A stretch of 64,000 bases of DNA from positions 9,313 to 73,312 of IMG/VR virus record IMGVR_UViG_3300012344_000002; one strand, given 5' to 3'. This DNA is from a virus. Taxonomy: Duplodnaviria > Caudoviricetes. The translations under genes were made by a program, and so were the position numbers. A model generated the notes under the pieces. The model ran no database searches, was not told where the DNA came from, and saw nothing but the letters and a program-made list of their open reading frames with translations. Positions within the stretch are counted from its first letter, which is position 1; each line of letters opens with the position of its first letter. Shown here piece by piece: positions 17,971 to 31,300 of this stretch.

Positions 17971-18690
17971 ATGAGCGCATTTGGTAATCTAACTACAGAT
18001 GGTTTAGAGCGTCAAGAAGATTCCCTTGGTTCAGGTCGTCAGGTATTTCCATCTGATATTTATGACATGAAGATTAAATATGCTTATTCAGGTAAGTCTT
18101 CAGGCGGAGCCATGTCAGTAACAGTAGTAGGTGAATTAACTTCAGCTAATAACGCTGAGTACTCAGAAACCTTCTATATTACTAATAAACAGGGTCAAAA
18201 TTTCTTTGAGCAAAACGGTAAGAAATTACCTTTACCGGGTTTTACTATTATCAATGATTTATGTCTATTTGGTACAAGTAAGCCATTAGCTCAGCAATCT
18301 ACTGAGGATAAGATTATTGAGAAGTATGACCCAGAGATTAAAGGTATGACACAGGTATCTGTACCTGTAATTACAGCTTTAACTGGTCAGACTGTATCAG
18401 TAGCAATCAGACAGATTAAGGACTATAAACGTAAGAAGTTTGATTCAGGCTATAAGACTGTTAATGAAACTGTAGAGTTTAATGGTATTGAAAAAGTCTT
18501 TAATAAAGATAATCATCGTACCTCTAATGAGGTTATTGAGCATAAGGATGCAACATTCTATGATTCTTGGCTCAAGAAGAGAAAGAATGATATTAAAGAT
18601 AAAACCAAAGGTAAGTTACCAGAAGTAAATGAGTCTGGTGACTCTATGCCTAAAGCAGAAGCAGTTCCTAAAGTAAATCCATTTGCTTAA
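17971..18690 (+). CDS. ssb: Single-stranded DNA-binding protein (N4 gp45-like)
   Basis: D-x-LG start, LPGF motif, C-terminal NPFA tail; N4 synteny. Confidence 0.8.
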   Translation: MSAFGNLTTDGLERQEDSLGSGRQVFPSDIYDMKIKYAYSGKSSGGAMSVTVVGELTSANNAEYSETFYITNKQGQNFFEQNGKKLPLPGFTIINDLCLFGTSKPLAQQSTEDKIIEKYDPEIKGMTQVSVPVITALTGQTVSVAIRQIKDYKRKKFDSGYKTVNETVEFNGIEKVFNKDNHRTSNEVIEHKDATFYDSWLKKRKNDIKDKTKGKLPEVNESGDSMPKAEAVPKVNPFA

Positions 18691-18697
18691 GACTGCT

Positions 18698-18760
18698 AAT
18701 CCCCATTAATACAATGGGGATTTCTTTTCCCCATTGTATATTGAATAGGAATATACAATG
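18698..18760 (+). promoter_or_regulatory. Overlapping mutually exclusive hairpins (terminator / antiterminator / RBS sequestrator)
   Basis: 18698-707 pairs with 18713-722 (10 bp, then TCTTTT); 18710-720 pairs with 18728-738 (11 bp); 18732-742 pairs with 18750-760 (11 bp, covering the ATG at 18758). Confidence 0.7.
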
Positions 18761-19000
18761 TCTATAGCTAACATCGTTTTATTAGCAGTTCCAATATTAC
18801 AAGGTATTGCTACTGCTGTAGACTTATATAATAGTATTAATACAGGACAATTTAACAATGAAAATTACATTAAACGAGAAAGATATCAAGACCGCTATCC
18901 TACAGTTTCTAGGCGGAAAACTGACCTTAGCAAATACCCCTGTTGTAGAGCTTTCTATGAAAGGAAGGGGCGGAGCCGATGGAATGGAAGCAAATATTGA
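18758..19000 (+). CDS. Possible small protein with hydrophobic N-terminus, overlapping the next gene
   Basis: AGGA RBS; MSIANIVLLAVPILQGIATAV; the last 143 nt overlap 18858-19154 in another frame. Confidence 0.4.
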   Translation: MSIANIVLLAVPILQGIATAVDLYNSINTGQFNNENYIKRERYQDRYPTVSRRKTDLSKYPCCRAFYERKGRSRWNGSKY

Positions 19001-19154
19001 TTTAGATGGTATTGCAGAAGAACCAAAGGAAGAAGTAAAAGAGGAAGTAAAGGAGACTTCTAAGGAAGAAGCTGATGCTCTATTTGGTTCAGAAGAACCA
19101 GAGCCTAAAGACCCTGATACTTCAGCTAACTCTCCATTTGGTTCATTTGCATAA
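18858..19154 (+). CDS. N4 gp46-like protein
   Basis: MKITLNEKDIKTAI...GRG-x2-G-x2-A-x-ID and an acidic tail ending SPFG. Confidence 0.75.
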   Translation: MKITLNEKDIKTAILQFLGGKLTLANTPVVELSMKGRGGADGMEANIDLDGIAEEPKEEVKEEVKETSKEEADALFGSEEPEPKDPDTSANSPFGSFA

Positions 19155-19348
19155 TGAATGTATCAGACTTCTATCTTAGTCAGTTACAAGGTCTAAAATA
19201 TAAGCTCAGATGTCTTAAAGAAGAAGCTGAGCTTATTCATGAAACTTATGATGATGATAAAGCTGAAGGTATGCTTGAAGCTTATCAAAAGATAGATGAT
19301 TTAATTGATAATTTAATCTTTAAACTAAATAGAAGAAAAGGGGCATAA
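19154..19348 (+). CDS. Hypothetical protein (64 aa)
   Basis: TAATG coupling to the upstream gene; ends at a terminator. Confidence 0.6.
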   Translation: MNVSDFYLSQLQGLKYKLRCLKEEAELIHETYDDDKAEGMLEAYQKIDDLIDNLIFKLNRRKGA

Positions 19349-19360
19349 GCCCCTTTATTT
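19337..19360. terminator. Bidirectional terminator at the middle/late convergence
   Basis: AAAGGGGC-ATAA-GCCCCTTT flanked by A and T runs. Confidence 0.8.
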
Positions 19361-19362
19361 AT

Positions 19363-22300
19363 TTAGAATACTGTATCAAGTAAATTTAAGAAAGGATTCT
19401 TAGACCACCAAGCATTGAAGAATGATAGTGGTAAGAATGAACTACCTAACTGTCCTTGAGCCAGCTTACCTAAGAAACTATCACCTATAAGAGTACCATT
19501 ATCTAAGAATATATCTGGAGTTAAGCCTTCTACTAATAATATAGAAGCTGGATTATGTAACATAGCATCTATACTTGCTTTAGTAATACGTAACTTATAG
19601 TTATAGAACCAGATAATACCTAAATTCTCTAAGTACTCTCTAGACCTACCTGCCATCATATCGTAGTTAACAAACTCTTCCATACTCTTACGTGCAGCCA
19701 TCTCCTTATCCATACCATTTTGTATTAAATGGTCATAGTAGATAGATTTAGCTACAAAGTCACCATAAGTAGTAGCTTTTTCCATAAGTTTATATAAGTC
19801 AGAATCTTTAGATACTGTTAGCCATTTACCTGTATTAACTACAGAAGGTGGTAATTTATTTACACATTCATGTATCTTATCAGCCCATTCACCAGTAAAT
19901 ACACTATCATTGTAAGAATCACCAACATCAGCTAATGTAGATAACTCACCTTGTTCAATCATAGGAGCAATAGTCATCATAGATATACGCTGTTTATTAT
20001 CAGCTAGTCTATGCTCTAATATCTTCTTATGCTTTGGGTCAGTCTCTGTTAAGAGTCTTGCCTTAAGATTGATAGTTTGTTTTTCAATCTGTCTATACTG
20101 TTCTAATTCTTTAACCTTATCATTAATACCTTGAAGAATATCTAAATAAGATATGCCTCTCATTCTTAACTGTAAGATATTAGATACAGCATTCATATAA
20201 GGTACTGCTACAGAGCGTACTACAATATTACTTCTCATATAAGAAGTAGTGTATTCTATAGCTCTTTCAGCATGACCCAAGTATAAGTAAGCATTTTGAC
20301 CTAATAACTTGTTAGATAGCTTAGCTATTCTATTTAAAGTCTTAGGAGACCATCTACTAATACCTGTCCAAGCATCAGTTATAGATGCAGACCTATAACC
20401 TAAGAATGTATCTACCATATCTTTACGTAAGAAGATATGACCATCAAACTCTTTCTCTAAAGCATCTATTAGATACTGAGGTAGTCTAGAAATAGCATCC
20501 TCTACTATTTTATCTTTCTTTACATTTACTAATTCGTTTAAATCAACATAAGTATTATTTACCCATTCTTTACCAAAAGATTTTACATCTCTATCATACA
20601 TGTTCTTAGCTAAGTGTATAGCTTCTTTATTAAACTCTTTAGCAGATGTTTCCATAAAGTCATTAGCAGACCATTTACCTAATGCTGAAAAAGCATCATC
20701 GTCATATAAATCATCAGATAAGACTATAGGTCTATCATAACTCTTTATATTACCTTTCTGATTAAATACAGGTATAGGCTCATTAGCTGAAGCTGTTTCA
20801 GGAGAGCCATTATACTGGTCTACCTTTAAAGGTCTAGCTAAAGTAGTATTACTATTACCATACTTATTGGTTCCAAATACTTTAGTAGATATATTCTGGA
20901 ATACACCTTTATGGAATACTGGATCTGGTAAAGAAGTCTTCATTAAGTACATCTCACCAGCATTACCTAATTTATCTAACTTAGATACAAATTTCCATCC
21001 TTGGGTCTTAGCTCGTTTTACTTCTTCCTGTGTATAAACTACTTTATAGTTCATATTATTCTTAAAGCTTCTAGGTAAGTAACCCTTATGATAGTTAAGA
21101 GGATTTTTACCAAGTTTAGCTATTTCAGACTTTTTAATACTGTTATGCATATCAATAAAGTCTTGCATAGCATCTTGGTTATCCTCAACTATTCTAGTTA
21201 ACTCTTCTCTATCTTCTACAGATATGTTTTTAAGGGCATAACAAGAAACTAACTTATCTATCTGAGATACAGTAGATTCTTTTATCTTAGAAGGGTCTAA
21301 TTTACCTGTAGATTGAATAGCACAGATAGCATGAGCATTCTGTAATAAATGGTATCCAGATTCACCTGTAGCTAAATAATGACCTAATTGAGCAGCTTTC
21401 TGTTGCTGTATAGGTAATAAATTCTGCTTATATTCTTCTATTGATTCTTCAGGATGTCTAATAACATCACCTAAATTATCAATAGATACACCATCCATTA
21501 AAGAAGTTAAGTCTAATTTTAAGAAGTACTTAGCTAAACGTACTTCATCTCCCTTCTGTAAGTTCTTAAATTTCTCTTTTAAGAGCTGTGGGATAGCTTG
21601 TGTACGTTGATAAGCCTCTCTATCAAATCTTGCTGTAATCTTCTTTAATAAAGCATATACAGGGAAATTATGTGCATCTATACCAGCAAAGTCTCTAAGA
21701 ACATCATGTACTATCTGTGGTGCTTTAATTTTACTGTTTATAGTATTTAAGAAGAATGCCCAGTTAGAACCAGTAGTATCTATATCTGAAGCAGCTTTAG
21801 CTGCCTTAATAGCATCACCTGCATTCTTTAATGATTTAATACTAGAGTGCTGTAATACAGTACCTGTTATATCAACTGTCTTGTTAATAGCTTGGTTCAG
21901 TAAAGTATTACCTTTACCTTCTACAAAGGTTTCTACATCAGAAATAGTATCTAAGTTCTTTAGGATAGCATGTTGAGCTACACCTTTAGCCATAGTAGCA
22001 TTTAAAGCATCAGATATATTTCTACCTTTAGTTAAAGCATTAACAGCATTAACTACTGAATCTGTAATAAGTCTATCAATCTTATAAGGACTCTTAGATT
22101 TAGATATATTAGACTCTTGTAGTTTAGCTAACATACTTTTTACTTCTTGGTTCCTCATACCTAAGTAAATAAAGTTAGTTAAACCAGCTGTAGTAGTCTT
22201 ATGGTTATCCATACCTTTATCATTAACATCACCTATTAATAAGTTCTGTAAGCTATCAGGTAATTCTTTAAGTTCTGGGGACTTAAGAACAGTAGAATAT

Positions 22301-25300
22301 AAGTTATGTAAGTTATTAACTACAGAAGGAGCAAAATACTTATCTTTAAGCATAGTATCAAGTAAAGCTACAAAAGGACCATCTTCACCTACATCTATAC
22401 CTGCTGTTAAGAACTCATCTACAACAGTACCTGCTGTAGTAGGGTTATTAGCAAATGCCTTTACTAAGTTTAAAAACTTAGGGTCTTTACGCTTATTATC
22501 ATATAATTTATTTAATTGACCCATGGTAATAGGCATATCTTCTGTATTAATAATAGTCTCTGGTTCACCTACTGGAGCATCAAACATTGATAAAGAATCA
22601 GTATCTTCAGTTGATTTTTCTATTATCAAATTAGACATAAGAACCATAGCAGCTACTCTATTAGATACTTTACTATTATCTAATTCTTCTTGAGTAAATA
22701 AAGATTTACCAAAGAAAGCATCTAATTTATCTTCTTTACCTAAATGGAAGAATGCTTTAAATATATCCTTAAGACGCTGTAATAAAGTCTTAAGTTTATT
22801 AACGATATAGTCACTAGCTTGTTCATTACCTGTAGTCTGTATAGCAGAGTATCTAGACTGTAAAGTCTGAGCAAATAATTCATCTAAAGCTCTACCTAAG
22901 TCATTAAAAGAATTTATATAATCACTTAACTTTTGACCTTTAAACTTTGGTCCTTTTTCTATCTCTACTACTCTAGAGTAAATTTTAGATAAATGTGCTA
23001 GTAAGTTAGCTAAATCGTTACTACCTTCAGCATTTATAATATCTTGTTCTGATAATTGCTCGCCATTTTTAAGTCTAGCTAATAAGTTCTTTCTACTATT
23101 TTCATCTATCTTATTTACACTATCTCTTAAATATAGACTAGCTATACAGTGAGCTGCTTCATGGATATTAACATTTCTACCCATATAAGCATTACAGATA
23201 AAGTATTGAGATTTACCATTAACTGTTGTTTCAAAACAAAGAGAACCATTAACTAAAGGCCATACTTTTGTTGGTTCATATATATCATGTAGCTCTTTTA
23301 TTAACTCTGGGTCAGTAATAAAGGTAACTGGTTTAGATGTCTTCTTAAAGAAGCTCTGTAACCATCTAGATACTTTACGTTCTTGGTTTTGTTCAGTACC
23401 CTTTAGATTTTCATATAAAACCCTACTAAAATTATTACCTGATTGTTGTTCTTTACTTAATAAACCAAGCTTCTTATCTAAAGCATCTTTACGCTTATTA
23501 TAAAGTTCAAATTCTTCTTTAGTAGATGGAAGTTTAGTTGTAGATATAACATTACCTATAGGAGAAGACTTGTCTATATAACCATTCTTAACTAAGAAAT
23601 TAAACATTGCTTCCTTAGCTGATTCTTTATTATTATTATCTGCTTTAAAAAATTCAGCAGTTAATTGCATATATTTAACTAAATCATCAGCATCATTAAT
23701 ATCATTGATAGGATATATCTTTTGGTCTTCACCTTTTTTACCCATATCTATGTAAGCTTTATGGCTATAACCACCATTAGGCGAGAAAGCATACTGACAG
23801 CATGAATAAGGCATATAATGAGAAGCTAAAATATCAGCTACCACTCTAGCTTCCTTGGCTCTCTTATCTAAAGTTTTGCAGAAAGTCTTAAAGATATTTA
23901 TCTCACCGCCTAAAGTACGTTCATAGTCTACACGCTGAGGGTTAGCTGAAGGACCTCCTTGGTCTAACTCTAAAATATCAGTAATAGTAGCATTAGCTGC
24001 ATTAGAAGCATTAGACCTATAGGAATTAAGGTCTTCTGCAGTTACATAACCTTTCTCTACAGCATATTGGAAAGCTTTATTAATACTACCTAAAGGTGAG
24101 TTTTGTAAAGCAGTATTAGCAGCGATTTTATTAAGACTATCACCTACTTGAGCATGTTCGTCTGGACTTAAATTTAAGCCATCAAACACATCATTATAAG
24201 ATAAACCTAATGGTTCTAGAATTTGTACTATGAACTTATTCATAGTTTCACCATCACCAAAACCAATAGTAGAAGTAGGAACAGCAGCTACACCCGGAGT
24301 AGTATATGTAGATACACCCTTAGAATAGTGTAAGGTATCTACTTCTCCTGTACTCTTATCATAGATGTTTATATCATCGTTTTGGTCATGATCTGTAATA
24401 CCAGTATTTAAGTCAGTTTTATAGTTAAATACAGCAGTACCACTCTTATTAGTTATAATAGCTTGATATTTACTAATATTCTCTCTAACAATCTTTTTTA
24501 ATTCTTCTCTACTTAAGTTACTCTTAGCGCTAGCTAAGATTTTAGCGAATAATTTATCTTTATTTTCATCTTTTATTTTATTTTCAGGGTCTACTCTTTC
24601 TTTTAATTCCTGTAATAAATGGTTAACAAAAGCTTGATGAAGAATATTAGAAGCTAAAATAATACATTTACTGTTGTAATCTACTTCATCACCTAAAGCT
24701 TTAGTAATAGTAGATAATAAATGGTTAGACATTAAGTAATTAATAGCAGATATAGAATGTTTTCTTACACCATTTAAAGTTATTTCTTTATCTGTTAATG
24801 GCTTACCTGTATTATCAAATAAAGTTTCATAACCTCTACTATCTAATTCTGGATGATAAGTTAAACCTATAATATTACCTTGTTTATCTTTAATGTAAGT
24901 TACTCTATTTAAACAGGTAACAGCTAAGAAAGCATTAACATCTTTCTTAAGGTCTTCTTTTTGATCAGCGTTTAATTTTAAGCTATCTATAAATTTATCA
25001 AATGCTTTAGGACCCCAATAGCTAGTAGAGAATATTCCTTCTCTTCGTTGCTCTTTTTCTAAACCTTTTTGTATACCATGAGCTACTATTAAACGCCAAT
25101 TATAAACTTTACCATCAGAACCTTTATAACCATTAAGTTTCTGTAGTAACTTAAGTTCTACTTCATCCATAAACTCATTAGAAATAGAAGTAGGTCCTGC
25201 TTGATAATTAGCTTTAGTAGCAGGCTTTTTAGTAAACATTCTAGAGAATAATATAGAACCATCAGGATTCTGTACATTACCTACATCAGTATATACAAGT

Positions 25301-28300
25301 AGAGTATCCATAGAATCATGTAGTACATTAGTAGCTTTTAGTTTCTGACTATTAAGATCTCTTGTACCTTCTTCTACTTTAACTGTTACTGTAGAATCTG
25401 TATATGAAACACTGCCATCTTTTAAAACTTCTCTTGTACCAAAGATTTTTTCCTGTGCATTAGCATATTCAGTAGTAAATTGAGTAGCAATATTAGTATA
25501 AGTATCTTGTACTTTGTTATCTTTTAATACTGAACCAAAGGTCTTATCAGCCTCTTTAATAGCATCTGCATAGAATGGCTTAGATACTTGTCCCACAAAG
25601 AAACCTACTCTAGCTAAGTTAGCTAGCTCAGCTTTAACATCTTTACCTGAGGCAGCAGCTTTTAAAATATGAGATAAAGAACCAAGCATTAACTTAGAGA
25701 AGAAAATACCATTAGTAATACCATCAGCCTCACCATATAGAGATGATTTAATTGGTTTATTTTTAACATCCAAAGCTCTTAAGTAATCTGTATAAGCATG
25801 GATACCTAAAGTAGTTTGAGCATCCTCACCATATACTTCAGCAAAACGTTCATTTACTTGTGTAAATAAATCATTAAAACGTTCTTGTTCTTTTTTAATT
25901 AATTGTTCTCCATTAGCAATTTTATTAGCTAATTTAGCATATTCTTTAAAGATAGAAGTATCTTTACTATTAAAAGTTTGTCTTATATTTAATAAGAAAT
26001 TATCTACCTGTTTATCAGACATATGTTGGACTTTTTGTCCTAAACCCTGAGCTATCATACGTAGCCACAGTCTTTTCTTAAGGATACCTTCTTCAGATTT
26101 ATCACTTAGATTTACCTCGTATTCAATAGGTGAAATAGTCTCACGTATTTCTTTATTATTTCTAGGTGACATATAATCACTAGAGTTCATACGTGATACG
26201 GCAGTCATTTCATGGTTATAATATAAGCCTTCACCATCTTTCATTTGTTTCATGGTATTTCTTATATACTGTAAACCATTTAATAACTGACCTTCTCTAC
26301 CTTTACGAGAAACCTCAGCTAACTCATTAACAAATTGAGTGCTAGGTATATTTCTAGCTTTCTGGAAAGCTTCATCAGAGATGTAGTTAAGTATCTTACC
26401 AAAGGTAGTAATTATATGCTTCTGTAGTCTATCTGCTTTAATAGCAGCTCTCTGTAAGGTACTTAGTGGCTGTTCTGGGTGATGGTTCAGATGGCTCATA
26501 ACAGGCGCATCTGTTAAGTACTCTTTAGCCTCTTCATCAGTAAGTACCACAGATGTAAAAGTATTAGCCTGTTTATTCTTTAGTAACTGTTTATCTACAC
26601 TATTAGTTATAGCATAAGAATCATAACCTTTAGGTAGAACCAAGACAGTCATAGAAGATCTAATAAGTGTATCATTATCATCTACTTCACCTGTAGTATA
26701 TTCAACTTTATTAAAATCTTTTTGAGTATCTATTACTTGTTTAGTACCATTATCATAAATTACTACTCTATTTAAGTATGGATTAGCATCTGATTCACTT
26801 ACTGCATTCTTATCTTTAGTATCAGTAGCTGCTTGCCAAGCAGTTAAGATAGAAGAAGTTAAAGCATTAACTTCATTTCTATCTGGAATATGAGAATTAT
26901 CAATTCTAGGAACCAAGGAATTAAGGGTACTACTTAGAGTATTACCTAAGCCTTGCTTAGTTATATATCTATTATCCTTATTGGTTCCTACTTGATTAGC
27001 TGTTTTTAACTGTTCAGCTGTTAGATGTAAGAGAGCACCTTCAGGTAATAATTCTTTTATAGAGCTAGTACTTCTAGTAGAAGCAGCACCAAAGCTATAA
27101 ACAATAGCAGTACGTATATTCTCTTCTATAGAATTACCCTTTGTATCAGTAGCCCAAATTAACCTACCTTTATCATTAAATCTAAAGAAATACATTAAGC
27201 TTCTAGACATAAACTCTGCAGGGTTTTTATCAAACATATCCTGTGCGGTTTCTAATAATTTATCAGTTATTCTTACAGCTTGATTATATACACCTTGAGC
27301 TACTGGGTCTTTTAATAAAGGTTGATTATGTTCATCATGAGCATCAGTTATGGTTACTTCTGGTTGAGGTAAGAAAGTACATTTAGCATCTAAATATGTA
27401 TTACGTTCTTTTGCTGAGTATTCATCTTTAGCAAACTTTATATCATTATTAGCTACATCCGTTGCTGTTATATTTTCTTTTATTATTTTATTTTGAGACT
27501 GTTTAACAGCATTTATTAATTCTTCTTTAGTAGCATCAGCACTTATTTGACCAGAAGTCTCTTCATCTACTAAATTAATATCTATACCCGTAGCTAATGT
27601 TGGATTAATATATACATTCTCTTCATCTACTTTTTCATCTTCACCTTTACCATTACCTTTACCATTATCATTAATAATTAAATTACTAAAAGTATTTATA
27701 ACAGCTTTATCTTCAGCAATTAAATCTGTAAAACCTTTTTCTTTATACTCTTGAGTAAAGGCATCTATAATATCTTTTAAATCATTAGCATCTTTAACAT
27801 AATTCTTGTTATTGCCTTTCTTTAATAAATACTTACCTAAAAGTCTAATACACTGTCTCTTAGTCTCAGCAGAGAGTTTAGTATTATCTCCTAAAGCTAC
27901 AATATTCTTTGCTAACTTCTTAACTGCAGAACTTAAATCCTTTGTTGGATAATCTTTATTAATATCAATAGAAGATATAACATTATTTATTTCAGCTAAT
28001 GGGTCTTTAGATGGTTTACCTTTACCGCCTTTATTACCTCCCTTACTACTTTTACCTTGGTCACCACCTTTACCATCACCTGTATTAATAAATACACCAT
28101 CCCAATAGCCACTTACATTAGAACCAAGAGACTTACTAAATAAATATACTAAATTCTTAGCATTGTATGATTCTGCTCTTGGGTTCTCTACATTAGTATC
28201 TAATAGTAAATCTACATCAGCTACACTAGCAGGTAATTCATTACCATCGGCAGCTACAAATAAATGACCTATCTTTAGATTAGTAGGAGTATTTCTCTTA

Positions 28301-31300
28301 AAAGCATTTAAAGCAGCCATTAAACCACCCATAGCCATATAGACATTATTTTTCTTCTCTACTCCATGAGAAGCTGCGATGGCTTCATGTACTCTAAATA
28401 ATTGCTGTAATACATTAAAGGCTAACTTACCTCTCTTTTTAGCTAAAGGACCTCCTTTAAACTCTGTAGGAGTTCTTACTTTATATTCTTTACCTTGAAT
28501 CTTAAGAGTAATAGGTAATGATTTATCTACTTTAGTGTAAGTATAATTATTGCCTTTAGTACTTGTAGCTAGACCTGCAGTTGGTTTATTAAATGCTTCT
28601 ACAATACCATCAGCAAAAGAATTTAAAGAGTGGTATGGATTACCTTTAGAATTATTAGGTTTAGGAGTAGGCTTTTTAGGTTTAGAGTACTTATTATTAT
28701 TAATCATATTACCCATATTAGTTAATGTATCTGAAGCATCAGACATTAAATTATTTTCATAAGCCATCTGGTCTATAAGTTTTCCAGAATGCTTATTTAT
28801 AGTATATCTAGCACCATTTACATTCTCTAATGTTTGTGATTCTTGGGTCTCTAAATAAGTATCATAAGCTTTAGATATTTCATCAAATTTAGTCTGCTGA
28901 GTCTTTTTAAAATGATTAAAATCTTTAATTAAAGCAGAATACTTAGCTTGTTTAGTATTATTATCATCAGCACTAGATAGGATATTTAAAGCTTGTTTAT
29001 AGAACTCAAGCATACCCTTATAATGTCTAGTTTCACCTTGAGCATTAACATACTCATAACCACTAATAAACTTCTCATTTAATAATGCAGAAGAACTCTT
29101 ACCTGTAGAGGAATATTCACTAGCTTCAGTAGAAGCACCTTCTTGTGCTTCATCTACATATCCCTGTATTTTCTTAGATTGAGCATCATATAATTTTTGA
29201 TACTGTTTAACTAAATCTAATGTAGCAACAGCATTTTGTACTTGTTCTTCTGATACAGAAGCATCAAATGAAGATTCACCTGTAATACCTTTTACTACCT
29301 TCTCTAAGGCAGATATAGACCTAGAAACATCTTCACCTTTCTTGGCTCTATCTGTAGCATCAGCTATAGCAACATCTTGAACAGTAGTCCATAAATTCTG
29401 AGCCAATGGCTTAGTATTATCATCTAGCTTATCTACCATCTTAAGTACAGCTTCTCTGTACTTAGGTGAAGACTGTACTACTTCTTGAGTATTAACAGCT
29501 AATCTATGGATTAAATCCTGTTTTTCTTCTGGAGTAAATTTATCATTATTTTGGATTCTATTTACTAATTCAGATTGAGCAGTATGTAAAGCTGTAACTT
29601 TAGCAGCCATATGACCAATATCATCATCTGTAATAGTATCTTTAGTTTCTAAGTCTTTAGCCTGTCTTCTAAAAGACTCTTCTACTACCTTCATAGAAGT
29701 ACGTAGATTATTACTCTTAGTTAGTTTATCCTTTTCATCATCTGTTAAATCAGTGTTATCTACTACATTCTTAAAGGCATCCTGTGTACCTTCTTGTTCT
29801 GAAGGTCTTAAAACATTTTTAACAGTATCCTTTAAGTTATTCCAAGCTTTATTTTCTTTATCTACTTCTACCGTATTTTGTTCATTAGTTACAGGAGCCA
29901 TAATAGTATCAGTATTCTTTTGCTGAGTATGGTTCTTAACAGCATTCTTAACAGAATTAAATAAAGATTTACCACCTTTATAAGCCATAACACCTGCACC
30001 TACAGAAGCAGCACCTGTTAATGTAGTAGCTGCTTTAGCAGCATGTAAACCAGTACCTACAGCCTTAGTACCAGCCATACCAGCAGGAATACCAATAGCA
30101 TTCTCAGCAATAGCTTCACCTAAACCTTCTGTTAAGTCTTTATTATTATTTATACGTTTTTCAGATATATTGCCACCAACAGTCTCACCAATACCTTGTG
30201 CTACTTCTTCAGAAGTTTCTTTAGCTGTATCACCTAAAGCAGTCATAGGATTAAGTCTATTTAATAAACCTTTCTTGAGACCTTTACCCTCTATCTTAGA
30301 AGTACCCATAATCTTAGATACAGCAGCTTCCCAAGCACCTACACCTAAACGAGTAGTACGCTCTATAGAACTACGTATATCAGCTATAGCTTTAGCACTA
30401 GCATCTTCAGGAGATAAACCTTTATTTAAATATTCTTGTTTTTTAGCTTTATACTCTTCAGAGTTTTGTAGGTCAGCTTCACTTAGATTTTCTAAGTGCA
30501 TATCTTTAACAGCATCAGCACCTGCATCAGCACCATAAGCAAAGTTAATACCTATACCACCTACTTCTTCACCTACTTTATTAGCTTTAGCTTCTACTTG
30601 CTTATTAAGTCTTGCTTCTATTTCAGATCTATTTTGTTTAAATTTATCAAAATCAGATTCTGTTTTAGTAAGCTTACCTTCTGTTTCATTTGCTTTAGTT
30701 ACTGCTTCTGCATATTGTTTTTGAGCTGTATTATATTTAGCCTCTTGTACAGGTTTTTGGCTAGCTGTGGTAGTAATATTATAATTTGTATCAGCCAATC
30801 TTTTATTGTTAGTATCTTTATAATTAACTAACCTATCAAATCTATTATTAAGTGCTTTAGCTTCTGTATCTAAAACCTCTCTAGAAGGAGTAGCTAAAGC
30901 TTCATTAGTTATTTGAGCTTCATTACCTACTTGGTTCTCCATATAGCTTTGTCTAGCTTTATTCAAATCTTGTGCTTGCATAACAGCTTGTTGCTGTTCT
31001 GTTAAAGCTGCTTGGTCAGCAAGGATACCTTCTTTTTTAGCATTTAACTTAGCTATATCTGCATCTATCTTTTGTATAGTAGCAGTAGCTTCATCCATAC
31101 TGATTTTACCTGCTTGAGCAGCAGCTTGAGCTTCAGCTTTAACTTGTGATAATTCAGCTATAGTTTTTTCATAAGTAGCTGCTTTACCTGCAATAGTTTT
31201 AGCTGCTCTAGCAGCCATAATACCTTTAGCACCTAAAGAAGCAGCTTTACCTAGTAAACCACCACCTACAAAGGAACCAACTAAGGAACCAGTAGATTCA

